Shown here one piece after another: positions 49,114 to 58,401 of a stretch of 60,091 bases of DNA. The notes beneath the pieces are model-generated. The model saw only the letters and a program-made list of their open reading frames with translations. It was not told the origin of the DNA and searched no databases. Made by a program: the position numbers and the translations under genes. Location of the stretch: positions 1 through 60,091 of IMG/VR virus record IMGVR_UViG_3300046095_000129; one strand, written 5' to 3'. Position 1 is the stretch's first letter; the number at the start of each line of letters is the position of its first letter. This DNA is from a virus. Lineage: Duplodnaviria; Caudoviricetes.

Positions 49114-50610
49114 TTAACCACCGTTGTGGCCCGTGTAAGTCATATTGATTTGTGTATTTCCTGCATAAGTATTTGTTACTGTTATAACGCCATTGCTTAC
49201 GCAAGTAACAGTAAAAGACGCTCCACTTGTAGTGCCATCAGCCGTAGCAAGTTGAGTTGCAGTAAAATTTGTACCACGACCCATAATTGCATAAAGAGCT
49301 TGTGTTCTACTTGCTGCATTAGCCACGAAAACATTTGAAACAGATAAAAATCCAGTAAAAGAACCCCCGCCTGAATTTGCCGTAAGTGTAAGAGTTCCAT
49401 TTTGAGCAACACTTGCAGAACTAGCATCAACAATACCACTACTACCTAATGTTTGAACTTTCGTTCCAGACATATTATTTGTAGTTGTAGTCCCCACCAG
49501 CAAATTCCCACTCGCATCCAGAGTCATCGCCTGAGTAAAGCTAATAGCGTCTCCTGCTGTGCCGGAGGGGGCTACGCTCCAAACATGCCGACCGGTATTT
49601 TGGTTGTATGCCGATGCAAAACCATTATTAACGTACTTTTCTGTGCCGTCATGAAAGACGTTTTGCACAATCGTCATGTTGACGTTGTTAAAGTTCCAAA
49701 TAGCACCAGCAGGAGTTTGCAATGCTCTTTGACCACTTCCCCAAGCACTAGGAGTAACTCCCAAGCCTAAATTAGTCCCATCAAACGTCAGCGCAGACCC
49801 AGTAGCCAATGCACTAGAACTAGATGCGTAAACCACACCGCCTGATGTGAATGATGTTAGGTTTGTACCACCGTTGGCGGTGGGCAATGTGCCTGTGACG
49901 CCCGTGGTTAATGGCAAGCCTGTTAAGTTTGTTGCTGTGCCGCTGCTGGGTGTGCCGAGTGCCCCGCCGTTGACGACAAACGCCCCGGCAGTGCCCGTAT
50001 TGACGCCAAGGGCCGTGACTACCCCTGTACCTGTGGTTGTGGTGCTTGGAGCCGCACCAGCCCCGCCGCCAATAACCAATGCGCTTGCTGCAAGTGCAGT
50101 GGATGATGCCAATGTGCCCGTAGCTGTGTAGGCTAGAACACCACCGGATGTGCCTGATGACAAGCCTGTGCCGCCGTTGGCTACGGGAAGAACACCCGTG
50201 GTTGAGGTCACTGATGCTGTTACAAAATCAACGCCGTTCCAGACTACAAAGGCTGCTGTGCCAGCAACAATGGTCACACCTGTGGTGGGGCCAACCCCGA
50301 TAATCTTGATGCTCTGGGAACTGCTGGTTTTGTTAATGACGATGTAGGATTTACTCTGCGCCGGGACGGTGATCGTGCGCGTAACTGTACCGCCTGCTGT
50401 CCACAGGATAATTGCCTGTCGAGCTTGGTTTGCTGCAAGGGTTGTGGTGGTAAGGGTAACGTCTGAGTCAGCGCTCAGAGTGGTTGTCCCGGCAACGGCT
50501 GTATCTAGCAGAGCGGTTATGGACACATTGACTGTATCGCCCCATGTGCCAGATAGCTCTCCGGTGACCGGGAGTGCCAAACCAAGAAGTGATGTTGCTG
50601 CTGTTGCCAT
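49114..50610 (-). CDS. Tail fibre / receptor-binding protein
   Basis: GELSGTWG N-terminus, GVLPVANGGTG repeats, AMTLDASGNLLVG, AT-richer tip region. Confidence 0.8.
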   Translation of the reverse strand: MATAATSLLGLALPVTGELSGTWGDTVNVSITALLDTAVAGTTTLSADSDVTLTTTTLAANQARQAIILWTAGGTVTRTITVPAQSKSYIVINKTSSSQSIKIIGVGPTTGVTIVAGTAAFVVWNGVDFVTASVTSTTGVLPVANGGTGLSSGTSGGVLAYTATGTLASSTALAASALVIGGGAGAAPSTTTTGTGVVTALGVNTGTAGAFVVNGGALGTPSSGTATNLTGLPLTTGVTGTLPTANGGTNLTSFTSGGVVYASSSSALATGSALTFDGTNLGLGVTPSAWGSGQRALQTPAGAIWNFNNVNMTIVQNVFHDGTEKYVNNGFASAYNQNTGRHVWSVAPSGTAGDAISFTQAMTLDASGNLLVGTTTTNNMSGTKVQTLGSSGIVDASSASVAQNGTLTLTANSGGGSFTGFLSVSNVFVANAASRTQALYAIMGRGTNFTATQLATADGTTSGASFTVTCVSNGVITVTNTYAGNTQINMTYTGHNGG

Positions 50611-50619
50611 TAAATTCCC

Positions 50620-51396
50620 CTAATTCGTTGTCACATCAGCCCAAGCTGCTGTTTGCGTGTTGCCAATATTCTGCCAGTTTGCTGTTTGCGTGTTGCCAAT
50701 ACCCTGCCAGTTTGCATTCTGTGTGTCGTCTATTACTTCCCAGAATGGTAGTGCTGTAATTAAATCTGTTCCGGTTGCCAACTCGTTAAGAGATGCTATA
50801 AACGCCGCCGCTGCCGTATCTACATCAGTACCCGTTGCTGTCTCTGTAACCACACCTTTAAACGCAGCACTAGCACCAACAACATCAGACCCGATGGCTG
50901 TCTCACTGACAACCGCCCCAATAGACAAACTACTTAATACCGCATCCGTCCCGGTAGCCGACTCATTGATAGTGCCCGAGAACGAAAAAGACGAAGTTAC
51001 CGCATCTGTACCTGTCGCTGTTTCTGTGATCTGACCCAAGAAGATGGCAAACGCCGCATCTACATCAGACCCCGTAGCAGTCTCACTAACCGAGGAACTC
51101 ATCGTGAGCAATGCTGTTACGGCATCACTACCCGTACCCGTTTCACTGACCGAAGACCCAAATGTCGCCGTTGCGTTTATTGCGTCTGTACCCGTACTTG
51201 TCTCGCTGACTACCGCATTGACCTGTACCAAACTTGATACAGCATCCGATCCCGTAGCAGTCTCACTGACCGAAACCCCAACACCGTTTGCCGCCGCTAC
51301 AGAGTCCGTGCCTGTTGCGGTCTCATCAATCGTGCTTGAGAAAGCCGTGAAGCCCCAGCCGCCATCACCCCATGCGCCAGAACCCCACGTTGACAT
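50620..51396 (-). CDS. Repeat-rich virion protein
   Basis: About 10 SETATGSDxV repeats at 21-aa period; 33-bp tandem repeat at the C-terminus. Confidence 0.7.
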   Translation of the reverse strand: MSTWGSGAWGDGGWGFTAFSSTIDETATGTDSVAAANGVGVSVSETATGSDAVSSLVQVNAVVSETSTGTDAINATATFGSSVSETGTGSDAVTALLTMSSSVSETATGSDVDAAFAIFLGQITETATGTDAVTSSFSFSGTINESATGTDAVLSSLSIGAVVSETAIGSDVVGASAAFKGVVTETATGTDVDTAAAAFIASLNELATGTDLITALPFWEVIDDTQNANWQGIGNTQTANWQNIGNTQTAAWADVTTN

Positions 51397-51397
51397 A

Positions 51398-51976
51398 TTA
51401 CCCCGCCAAGCTAAATGTGTAAGTCACAGACAGCGTATCACTGTTCACCACAGAGCGATCACCGGGTGAGCCAAAGTCAGCCGCAGAGAACAGTGTGCCT
51501 GCCGTACCACTCTTGGCACTGCCGCTGGTCAGGAAAGCCCCGCCCACAGTCGTTGTGCCGTTGATGTTAAACGTAGCAGGAGAAGCTGTGTTAGTCACTA
51601 CAGATGGGTTGGCAGTGGTTGCTGTTGCAAACGTAGCAGCTACACGGGTTGCATTGCTGTACGCCACAACCTCTGTCCAGCCAGCGTGGGAAGACATCGT
51701 ATCTGCTGCCGCAGGGGTGTTACTTGCCCCAGCACCATACAAACCAAGATACCAAGTGGTAATTTGCGTGACTGAAGTCAAGGCCGAACCCGCCATGTAC
51801 TGAAGCCCGACATTGACTACCAGATTCTTGGACTGCGCTTCCCATTTCAAGTTACCGTCTTTGTCATGGCACTTGATCTCAAACATGCCAGTGGCTTGTG
51901 CGTCCTCACCAGTTTTTAAGTTGCATGTCAGACCACTAGAAACAGTGTCAGTAGCTTTGAGTTTTTCGGTAGTCAT
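51398..51976 (-). CDS. Virion structural protein
   Basis: KWE...NLVVNVG...DTLSVTYT, Thr-rich. Confidence 0.7.
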   Translation of the reverse strand: MTTEKLKATDTVSSGLTCNLKTGEDAQATGMFEIKCHDKDGNLKWEAQSKNLVVNVGLQYMAGSALTSVTQITTWYLGLYGAGASNTPAAADTMSSHAGWTEVVAYSNATRVAATFATATTANPSVVTNTASPATFNINGTTTVGGAFLTSGSAKSGTAGTLFSAADFGSPGDRSVVNSDTLSVTYTFSLAG

Positions 51977-52389
51977 GGTAGCCTTATCAATGAGGTGGTG
52001 GATGAGTTGGTTGGCATTACAACGGTGAACGATGAGGTGGTGGTTTTGTCAGCGCCAAAGTCCAATACTGCCACCGATTTGTTGCTCTTGGTTAAATTGT
52101 AAATCAGCGCACCCCGTGCTGTAAACGCACCTGTTGTCCAGACCACATTGCTGAAGTTTACAAAGGCTGTGGTATCTGTAACACTGACCGAGATGCCTGT
52201 CATCACCTGACCCCCTGCGGTGTAGCCTGTGCCTGTAATCTCCCCGGTCGCTGTGTAAACGGTGGTAGCTGCCCCTATATCGGCATTGGCTGTGTACAGC
52301 GCCATATAGAAGGTGTCCGTGTCAAAGTCATGTACCGCTTTAAGCAGTTGCTGCTTGAAAGATGTGGTCAGGGTTTGGGAGATGCTCAT
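51973..52389 (-). CDS. Virion structural protein
   Basis: TSFKQQLL...HDF...ARGALIYN...AVLDFG. Confidence 0.7.
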   Translation of the reverse strand: MSISQTLTTSFKQQLLKAVHDFDTDTFYMALYTANADIGAATTVYTATGEITGTGYTAGGQVMTGISVSVTDTTAFVNFSNVVWTTGAFTARGALIYNLTKSNKSVAVLDFGADKTTTSSFTVVMPTNSSTTSLIRLP

Positions 52390-53039
52390 GTGACGGGAAC
52401 CCTAGCTTGCCCACTGCGGTATGCGTCTTGCCTCTCAAGTCCATCACCCAGACGCTTGAGTTGGCCCATTGCTTCTTTGTACTTGCCATCATACAAGCCA
52501 ATCATGTCCGTCTCACCCTTCATGTAGGTGTAGGCTTCAACCAATGTCCCATACAGGAGTGCGGGATCGTAGTTATCACCGAGCCATGTGTTTGAAGCCG
52601 TGACGATGGACTCTGGGTAGTAGAAGTAGTGGAGTTCCGTACTATAGGCAGCGTTGGGTGTAGGGCCAAGAATAAAGGTGAGTTCTGTTTCGTTGTCTGA
52701 ACGAGGGCCAAATATGGCGTAATGCTTGGGCGTTCCTGTAGATGTTGGCTTGGGGTACGCTTCCCTGATAAAGTTTACATCCTTGTTTAGTAGAAATGTG
52801 TACGCACCCGTAGTTGGGTCTATTACTGCCAAGGAGAATGTGGATAGAAAATCAAGGGGGCATTGCAAATACTTGTTACTTGCGGTGGTGACGCCAGTTA
52901 CATTCTTGCGTAGGGATGGAATCTGTACGGTGTTGTATATACGCTTCTCTGCCTGTGTGATAAACAAATTCATGTCCACAGTAGGAAAAGTGTTCTCCGT
53001 GTAGGAGGCAACGGCAGAAACCAACGCAGCGTAGTTCAT
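52386..53039 (-). CDS. Probable head-tail adaptor
   Basis: MNYAAL...FITQAEKRI...LLYGTLVEA pattern. Confidence 0.65.
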   Translation of the reverse strand: MNYAALVSAVASYTENTFPTVDMNLFITQAEKRIYNTVQIPSLRKNVTGVTTASNKYLQCPLDFLSTFSLAVIDPTTGAYTFLLNKDVNFIREAYPKPTSTGTPKHYAIFGPRSDNETELTFILGPTPNAAYSTELHYFYYPESIVTASNTWLGDNYDPALLYGTLVEAYTYMKGETDMIGLYDGKYKEAMGQLKRLGDGLERQDAYRSGQARVPVT

Positions 53040-53272
53040 GCCATCGGGCCTCTTGCGGTGATGCCTTTAGTGGCTGCACCGTTGCCGCGAGTCACAAGCC
53101 CAGATGTTTTCACACCGGGTTGCTCTTGGCTGGTGATGCTTCCAATCGAAGCACGGGCATTGTTCAACACGCTCATGTCCTTGCCCTTGCCGGGGTTGGC
53201 CTCGACCGTGACGGCTTTACCCGACATGGTGTGGGGCTTGGCGTAAGCCGCTGCTTGTTTGTTGTTGATCAT
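53036..53272 (-). CDS. Small basic virion protein
   Basis: Ends RGNGAATKGITARGPMA. Confidence 0.7.
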   Translation of the reverse strand: MINNKQAAAYAKPHTMSGKAVTVEANPGKGKDMSVLNNARASIGSITSQEQPGVKTSGLVTRGNGAATKGITARGPMA

Positions 53273-53273
53273 C

Positions 53274-53462
53274 TTAACCTCCGCGACCAGATTTCTGGTT
53301 CATCACTTTAGCCATGCCACGACCGTACTTCATCATGTCCATGTCGGTCTTGCCGCCTTTGGCAAACTTGGTCATGGGTTTGCCGGGATGCATACCTTTT
53401 TCATGCTTATTCACCATGCCAGCCACCATCTTCTTGTCCTGTTTCATATCTGCCTTATCCAT
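53274..53462 (-). CDS. Small Met/Lys-rich virion protein
   Basis: KFAKGG motif; AGGAG RBS. Confidence 0.7.
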   Translation of the reverse strand: MDKADMKQDKKMVAGMVNKHEKGMHPGKPMTKFAKGGKTDMDMMKYGRGMAKVMNQKSGRGG

Positions 53463-53470
53463 ATAAGCTC

Positions 53471-53854
53471 CTAATTTACTGTAACTGAACCAAGTTCTAA
53501 TTCTGCCACCAAATAGTTGGGTGTCAGCCCATCATCGTTTGCTCTAGACCCGCCTACCGGGTTCCAGTTCCACTGAAATATCCTGCTTCCCTCGCCCGGA
53601 TACCCGTCTACCAGCAAGCCAGAAACCGTATAACTCAAGTCCCTGCGCGGCTCCCGCACTGCCTGTGGGTCATCTACCGGGTACATCCCCAACTGCAACT
53701 GAGGCTGATCCGGTGTCCAGCAGGTTGGGCACACCAGCAAGTTGTAGGTTTTAGTCTTAACAACTTCCTTCTTCAGTTCCTTCAGCTTGTAACGGAAACC
53801 ACAACGGTCACATTCCGCTATTGAATTCTTACCTGATGCAAACCTATTGCCCAT
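53471..53854 (-). CDS. Zinc-finger virion-module protein
   Basis: CDRC...CPTC...PQL...DPQA. Confidence 0.75.
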   Translation of the reverse strand: MGNRFASGKNSIAECDRCGFRYKLKELKKEVVKTKTYNLLVCPTCWTPDQPQLQLGMYPVDDPQAVREPRRDLSYTVSGLLVDGYPGEGSRIFQWNWNPVGGSRANDDGLTPNYLVAELELGSVTVN

Positions 53855-53856
53855 AA

Positions 53857-54777
53857 TTAGCTCAGGAACATCTGCCGGGGCACGAATCGCACCGCTGCTT
53901 TCTCCCGGTCTTCATCTTGTGCCAACTGCCACGCTTCATCATATTGCATCTTCAATACTTGTAAACGCTCCATGCCGTTGGGCAGCTTTAGGGCCAAGTA
54001 GTAAGCCAGCCCTGCTGCTACGCAAGGTATAAACCTGAACGGCACATCCATTGTGTCAGAGCCATCCCCAGCGTTCTGGTTCCTACGCAGCCGCCAGTAC
54101 ACGAAGGTATAGGTCTGGGAGCCATCAGGTGTGGGCCACACGGTCACTGCTGGGGGATTTGATACGTAGACCGCTGTGGTGCTTGTGTGCGTTGCTGCGG
54201 TGGTGTTAGCCTGTCCTCTGGAGCAAGCTGTCAGGACGTTGCCCACGATGTAGCCGTAGTAGATGATCTCGTTGTCCACCTTGATGTACCCGGCAGCAGC
54301 TAGTCCTATGACTGAACTCAGGGTGATGGTGGTGGCTGTTGCGGTCACGGCTCCATTCAAGGTCAGCGTTGTGGCTGATGTCTGCCCTGAGTTACGCTGC
54401 ACCATGACTTGGATGGGCCGCGCTTGCTGCAACTTGTTGGGTAGCGTAGCGTAGGTGCTGACGCTGATGCGGGTGATGGTCAGGTCTGCTTGGTTAGAGG
54501 TCGAGTTGGCATCGGTGCGGATGACATGCTCAAGCAAATCCACGGTGTCTGTGGGTAGCGCATAGGTGTTTAAACCCTGAGTCAGGGTGAACGACCCCTG
54601 CTCAATCGTCCACATGTTGATGCCCCGGTTGGCCCAATCTGCAAACATGATATTCAGGGATCGCCGTGCGGTACGCATGTCATAGCCAGAGCGAAGCTCA
54701 GAACCCGCACGTTCAAATGCGTCTTCTATGACTTCACTCAAGTCCATGTCAAAGGTGGCTACGCCTGATGTAGTCAT
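53857..54777 (-). CDS. Probable head-tail connector / tubular protein A-like
   Basis: ARRSLN..FADWANRG, VWPTPD, GLAYYLA motifs. Confidence 0.65.
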   Translation of the reverse strand: MTTSGVATFDMDLSEVIEDAFERAGSELRSGYDMRTARRSLNIMFADWANRGINMWTIEQGSFTLTQGLNTYALPTDTVDLLEHVIRTDANSTSNQADLTITRISVSTYATLPNKLQQARPIQVMVQRNSGQTSATTLTLNGAVTATATTITLSSVIGLAAAGYIKVDNEIIYYGYIVGNVLTACSRGQANTTAATHTSTTAVYVSNPPAVTVWPTPDGSQTYTFVYWRLRRNQNAGDGSDTMDVPFRFIPCVAAGLAYYLALKLPNGMERLQVLKMQYDEAWQLAQDEDREKAAVRFVPRQMFLS

Positions 54778-55010
54778 TATCTAAATCCTGCTGTTTTCTT
54801 GGCAATCGTTTTAGGCTGTGCTACAAATTGTTTTCCACTGGCTTTACCTGCTCTTTTGGCTTTGGTTGTCGCGGCGTACTCAGCAGGGCTGAGAGCTTTA
54901 ATCGCAGCTTCCGGTAGATATCTTTCACCAGTTTTAGAAGACGGTTTACCAGATTTTGTTTTCCATTTTTGGGCTGTCCAATCTTTCAGGGATTGCTGCG
55001 GAGCTTTCAA
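54777..55010 (-). CDS. Small basic protein (DUF5872-like)
   Basis: QQSLKDWTAQKWKTKSGK...ERYLP. Confidence 0.65.
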   Translation of the reverse strand: MKAPQQSLKDWTAQKWKTKSGKPSSKTGERYLPEAAIKALSPAEYAATTKAKRAGKASGKQFVAQPKTIAKKTAGFR

Positions 55011-55198
55011 TCTTTAGCCATTTCTTTATCAAAAAGTTCTTCGTCAATTTCTTCGTCTATCGTACTTGGCCGGGACAGGTCTATGACCACTTGCTGGAGC
55101 ATTTCTAGGGTAACACCGTTCTGCAATTTTTCTAAACCACAATCACATGGCCCACTATCATAAACAAGACACCGATAATCATGCGTCTGTCTAATCAC
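55007..55198 (-). CDS. Small acidic hypothetical protein
   Basis: GTG start overlapping the upstream stop; H-x3-C...CxC. Confidence 0.5.
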   Translation of the reverse strand: MIRQTHDYRCLVYDSGPCDCGLEKLQNGVTLEMLQQVVIDLSRPSTIDEEIDEELFDKEMAKD

Positions 55199-55478
55199 GA
55201 TAGCCCCCACCAGCGGCTTTATACCGTTTGGCCATAACTTGCGCTTTTCTCGCGCTCCATTGCCCTGCGCCCGTGCCTACAATTGCCGCAGCCTTGACGC
55301 TGTTGAAAATCTGTTTACGCAGGTCAGGCTTGGTGTAGTTGCCAGCTTCATTGACCTTGGATTTGACTTCCCCACCCTCTTTGTACTGCGTGAAATCCGT
55401 GTTGTCACGGCGCTTCTTGCGTTTGCCAGTGGGCATCTTGCTGGGGTCAATGGCCCCCATGCCACGTGAGGCTCTCAA
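55191..55478 (-). CDS. Small basic virion protein
   Basis: Probable TTG start (MRASRGMG) after GAGGGA; GQWSARKAQ...GGGY. Confidence 0.65.
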   Translation of the reverse strand: MRASRGMGAIDPSKMPTGKRKKRRDNTDFTQYKEGGEVKSKVNEAGNYTKPDLRKQIFNSVKAAAIVGTGAGQWSARKAQVMAKRYKAAGGGYRD

Positions 55479-55516
55479 GACACATCCCTCAATTGCTGTC
55501 CATGCACAGGGTTCAT

Positions 55517-56245
55517 TTAGCACATCCGTCCACGGGTCTTACCCCGTTGAGCTATGCCATCACCACGGCGGGATGCCGAGACTACGCCACCTTTGGCATA
55601 GTTAGATGATTCCAAAAAGTCTTTAACACCTAGTGATTTTTTAAAATCTGCTTTTAGTTTCTGTGCATTTTCCCCAAGAACAGCATCTGTTTCACCGCGC
55701 AGTCCTGCACCTCTAGCTTGTTGTGCTTGGCCTTTGGCTCTTAAATCGTTTGACGTATTTTTTACTTCTGAGCGTGCAACAGGAACATCAGCAGGGACAG
55801 CAACCGGTGTCGGTTTGTTCCTATTTTTAACAAAATCTAAAAAGGCTTTGTCTGATGTAGCCCCCATGTCAGGGTTAACTTTATTTCTACGTTTCAGCCC
55901 TCCTGCTTGAGCATTCATGTAGTCTGTTAAATCTTTGTCAGCGCCATACTTTGTTTTAAACGCATTTAATTGTTGCAGGGTGACTATTGCAGGTTTAGCT
56001 TTTGGCGCTGCTGCTACAGGCCTTGCTGCTACCGGGGCTGTTGAGGTCATAGAACGCGATGCGGGGGTTTCCGTTGGCGTTTCCAACACTCGGCTACTGT
56101 CCACACTTTCGTCCGCAAGTCGCGCCATACGATCTATCGGATTTTGACGCGCAACAAAATTCAGCGCCCTAGCGCGGGTTTCCTTGTCGATATTTGGATT
56201 TTCGCCTTCTTCAATACCTTCATCTGCAAATTTACGCATCTTCAT
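55517..56245 (-). CDS. Internal virion protein with conserved C-terminal tail
   Basis: Ends YAKGG...DGIAQRGKTRGRMC. Confidence 0.75.
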   Translation of the reverse strand: MKMRKFADEGIEEGENPNIDKETRARALNFVARQNPIDRMARLADESVDSSRVLETPTETPASRSMTSTAPVAARPVAAAPKAKPAIVTLQQLNAFKTKYGADKDLTDYMNAQAGGLKRRNKVNPDMGATSDKAFLDFVKNRNKPTPVAVPADVPVARSEVKNTSNDLRAKGQAQQARGAGLRGETDAVLGENAQKLKADFKKSLGVKDFLESSNYAKGGVVSASRRGDGIAQRGKTRGRMC

Positions 56246-56254
56246 GTCGTTCTC

Positions 56255-56611
56255 CTAGCAAGCCATGCCGCCGCTTTTCATTTTGATTTGCTTGGCTTTG
56301 GTTTTGCCTTTGGAAGCAACCCCGTCAGCCTGACGAACAAACCCGCCGGTTGCCATCTTCTTCATGGCAGAGTCTTTCATCATCTTGCCATCAGGCATCT
56401 TGTGCTTGCCTTCTTTTTTCTTGGCAATCATTGCCATGAAACCGGAGTTCATTTTCGTAGCCATATCACCACCTTTTGAGAAAGATTTGCCTTTGTCGGC
56501 GTTAGAGAAATCCTTGCCCACGGACTGTGGGATACCTACCTTCTTGGCAAAGCCCGGATTGTGGGCTATTGCCTCCATGAAGTTGTGCTGCTTTTTGCTG
56601 GAGCTTGGCAT
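56255..56611 (-). CDS. Small basic virion protein
   Basis: MPSSSKKQHNFM start; three xxGG motifs. Confidence 0.75.
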   Translation of the reverse strand: MPSSSKKQHNFMEAIAHNPGFAKKVGIPQSVGKDFSNADKGKSFSKGGDMATKMNSGFMAMIAKKKEGKHKMPDGKMMKDSAMKKMATGGFVRQADGVASKGKTKAKQIKMKSGGMAC

Positions 56612-57145
56612 TTAACACATCCGACCTTTAGTTTTGCCACGCTGGGCTATGCCGTCTGCTGACTTGACGTAGCCACCTTTGGCGTATTTTTTTGTTTCTT
56701 TCTCTGCATCAACTTCCCGCATTGCTTGGTCATTTTGCATATCCGCAATGCGGTTCTTAGAATCTTCGGACAGTTTTACTCTGTCGCTATCGCCCATCTT
56801 ATCGGCAATAGATTTAAGTCTTTCAGAACCTTCAACCATCTTTTTGCCTGCGCCAGTGCGCTCATCAATCTCGCGGCCCAAGCCATACCCAACTTCCCCA
56901 GCTAACCCAGCAAGTCCAGCACGACCTGCGGAACGCACAGTAGCACGACCTCCTGCCTCTTGCACCTGCTTTCGATTTTGTGAGCGGGTCTCAGCAGTAT
57001 TTAGCCCGCGACGAATACGTTCTGCATCTGCATTCTGGGACTCAAGCACATCCTCACGCAAGTTTGGCATGAGGTCTCTAGCATTAGTCTGCCCCGGAGA
57101 ACGATACCTGTATCCGGGGATTTCAGGTTTATTAAGTCTGCCCAT
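56612..57145 (-). CDS. Internal virion protein with conserved C-terminal tail
   Basis: Ends YAKGG...DGIAQRGKTKGRMC. Confidence 0.75.
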   Translation of the reverse strand: MGRLNKPEIPGYRYRSPGQTNARDLMPNLREDVLESQNADAERIRRGLNTAETRSQNRKQVQEAGGRATVRSAGRAGLAGLAGEVGYGLGREIDERTGAGKKMVEGSERLKSIADKMGDSDRVKLSEDSKNRIADMQNDQAMREVDAEKETKKYAKGGYVKSADGIAQRGKTKGRMC

Positions 57146-57154
57146 AATATTCTC

Positions 57155-57412
57155 CTAACATTTCCATCTTGCAAGAGCCGCTGCTTTGCGGGTTGGTTTG
57201 CCTTTTTCGTCTTTCATTGGCCCCGGCATACCTGTCATGCGAGAGCAAAATGAATCCTTGCGTGCGCCACCTTGGGGCTGGGGAGCCTTGAGGTTGCTGC
57301 CGGTTTTTGCATTGTATGCTTTTCGGCCAGCAGCAGTCATACCCGCGCCTTCTTTTGTGCTAAGGTAATTACGACCTTTTCCTTTGGTAGTTTTTGGGAT
57401 TGCATTCGCCAT
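57155..57412 (-). CDS. Small basic conserved protein
   Basis: GSNLKAPQP...SFCSRM...ALARWKC. Confidence 0.75.
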   Translation of the reverse strand: MANAIPKTTKGKGRNYLSTKEGAGMTAAGRKAYNAKTGSNLKAPQPQGGARKDSFCSRMTGMPGPMKDEKGKPTRKAAALARWKC

Positions 57413-58002
57413 TAAACAACCTCAAACTTGTTATGTTTTGAAATATTTTCCTTGCCCCGCAATACCCTCATATTGCTAGGCACATGCAAACCGGAAATCA
57501 ATTTACCCTGTAACGGAAGTACATGGTCAACGTGCCAAGGTTCTTTATTTTCACGGGTCAACATTGCAGCCACAGAGTACAGGCATTTAATTTTTAACTT
57601 ATCAAAATCCGTAAGCCACACGGGTGTCCGTTGCAGTTTAGCCGCTCGGTGCGCGGCTGCAGCGGAGGCATATTCGGCAGGGTTAGCTTTTTGGTAGGCA
57701 CGTAGCCGTTCTTTGGATTTTGCGTGGTTTGCATAATACGCAACCAATGCTTGCGCCCTACGCGCCACTCTGTTTTTTTGGTACTCAGCAGCGGGATTGC
57801 ATTGCGAATCAGATGTCATCCGTTTATGTTCACGACTACAAAACTTTGCGCCTTTGCGTTTAGTCGAAATGCCAATGCCACATAGCGCACAGCACCTATT
57901 GTCGGCAGGTAGCAACGCCTTGCTTTGTTTTATTCTTGCCCTGTAAATAGCGGTGTATTCACGCGCTTTTACTCGGCGAGTCTCTTGGTCTTTATACGGC
58001 AC
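57412..58002 (-). CDS. Free-standing HNH homing endonuclease
   Basis: N-terminal CxxC...FCS, RTPVWL, WHVDHVLPLQG..ISGLHVPSN....EN..K.N. Confidence 0.85.
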   Translation of the reverse strand: MPYKDQETRRVKAREYTAIYRARIKQSKALLPADNRCCALCGIGISTKRKGAKFCSREHKRMTSDSQCNPAAEYQKNRVARRAQALVAYYANHAKSKERLRAYQKANPAEYASAAAAHRAAKLQRTPVWLTDFDKLKIKCLYSVAAMLTRENKEPWHVDHVLPLQGKLISGLHVPSNMRVLRGKENISKHNKFEVV

Positions 58003-58096
58003 AGCTTTGCCCCTTGGCGGTCAGACCCGCCCCCTGAGAAATCGGTAGCTTCTCGCCCCGACCAACAGAGAGAACCGGGCCTTTCTTCTTAGCCAT
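57992..58096 (-). pseudogene. Truncated 5' remnant of the gene family seen at 57155-57412
   Basis: MAKKKGPVLSVGRGEKLPISQGAGLTAKG, then a stop within the HNH start; GAGLTAKG parallels GAGMTAAG in the downstream gene. Confidence 0.7.
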
Positions 58097-58367
58097 AGAA
58101 CACCGTTAGTTTGGACGATGCTGGCAGGGTTACATGTATGTCTGTTAGAAACAAAACACCCTCACCCGGCACTGTGAAAGAGAACGCAGACTGATTGGTA
58201 GACAAATTAAACTGAAGCCGAGTAGTGCCACCGGAGCCACCATCTTTCAGAATAATGTCTCCAGCAGTGCCACCGGGGGTAACAATAAGACCTTTAACCC
58301 TATTGCGCCCCGACACCACTGTGCCTGTGGTCTCTTTATGAACCGCTAGTACGTCTGTTTGCATCAT
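58089..58367 (-). CDS. Small virion protein
   Basis: GGAG RBS; MMQTDV...VPGEGVLF...TVFYG. Confidence 0.75.
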   Translation of the reverse strand: MMQTDVLAVHKETTGTVVSGRNRVKGLIVTPGGTAGDIILKDGGSGGTTRLQFNLSTNQSAFSFTVPGEGVLFLTDIHVTLPASSKLTVFYG

Positions 58368-58401
58368 AGTCAATCTCCAGTTGTGGGGTTGCCCCCGAAG
58401 A

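Noticed and set aside
57155-58096. Group I intron containing the HNH gene
   Set aside because: There is no non-coding space for a ribozyme core; the HNH ORF abuts coding sequence on both sides.
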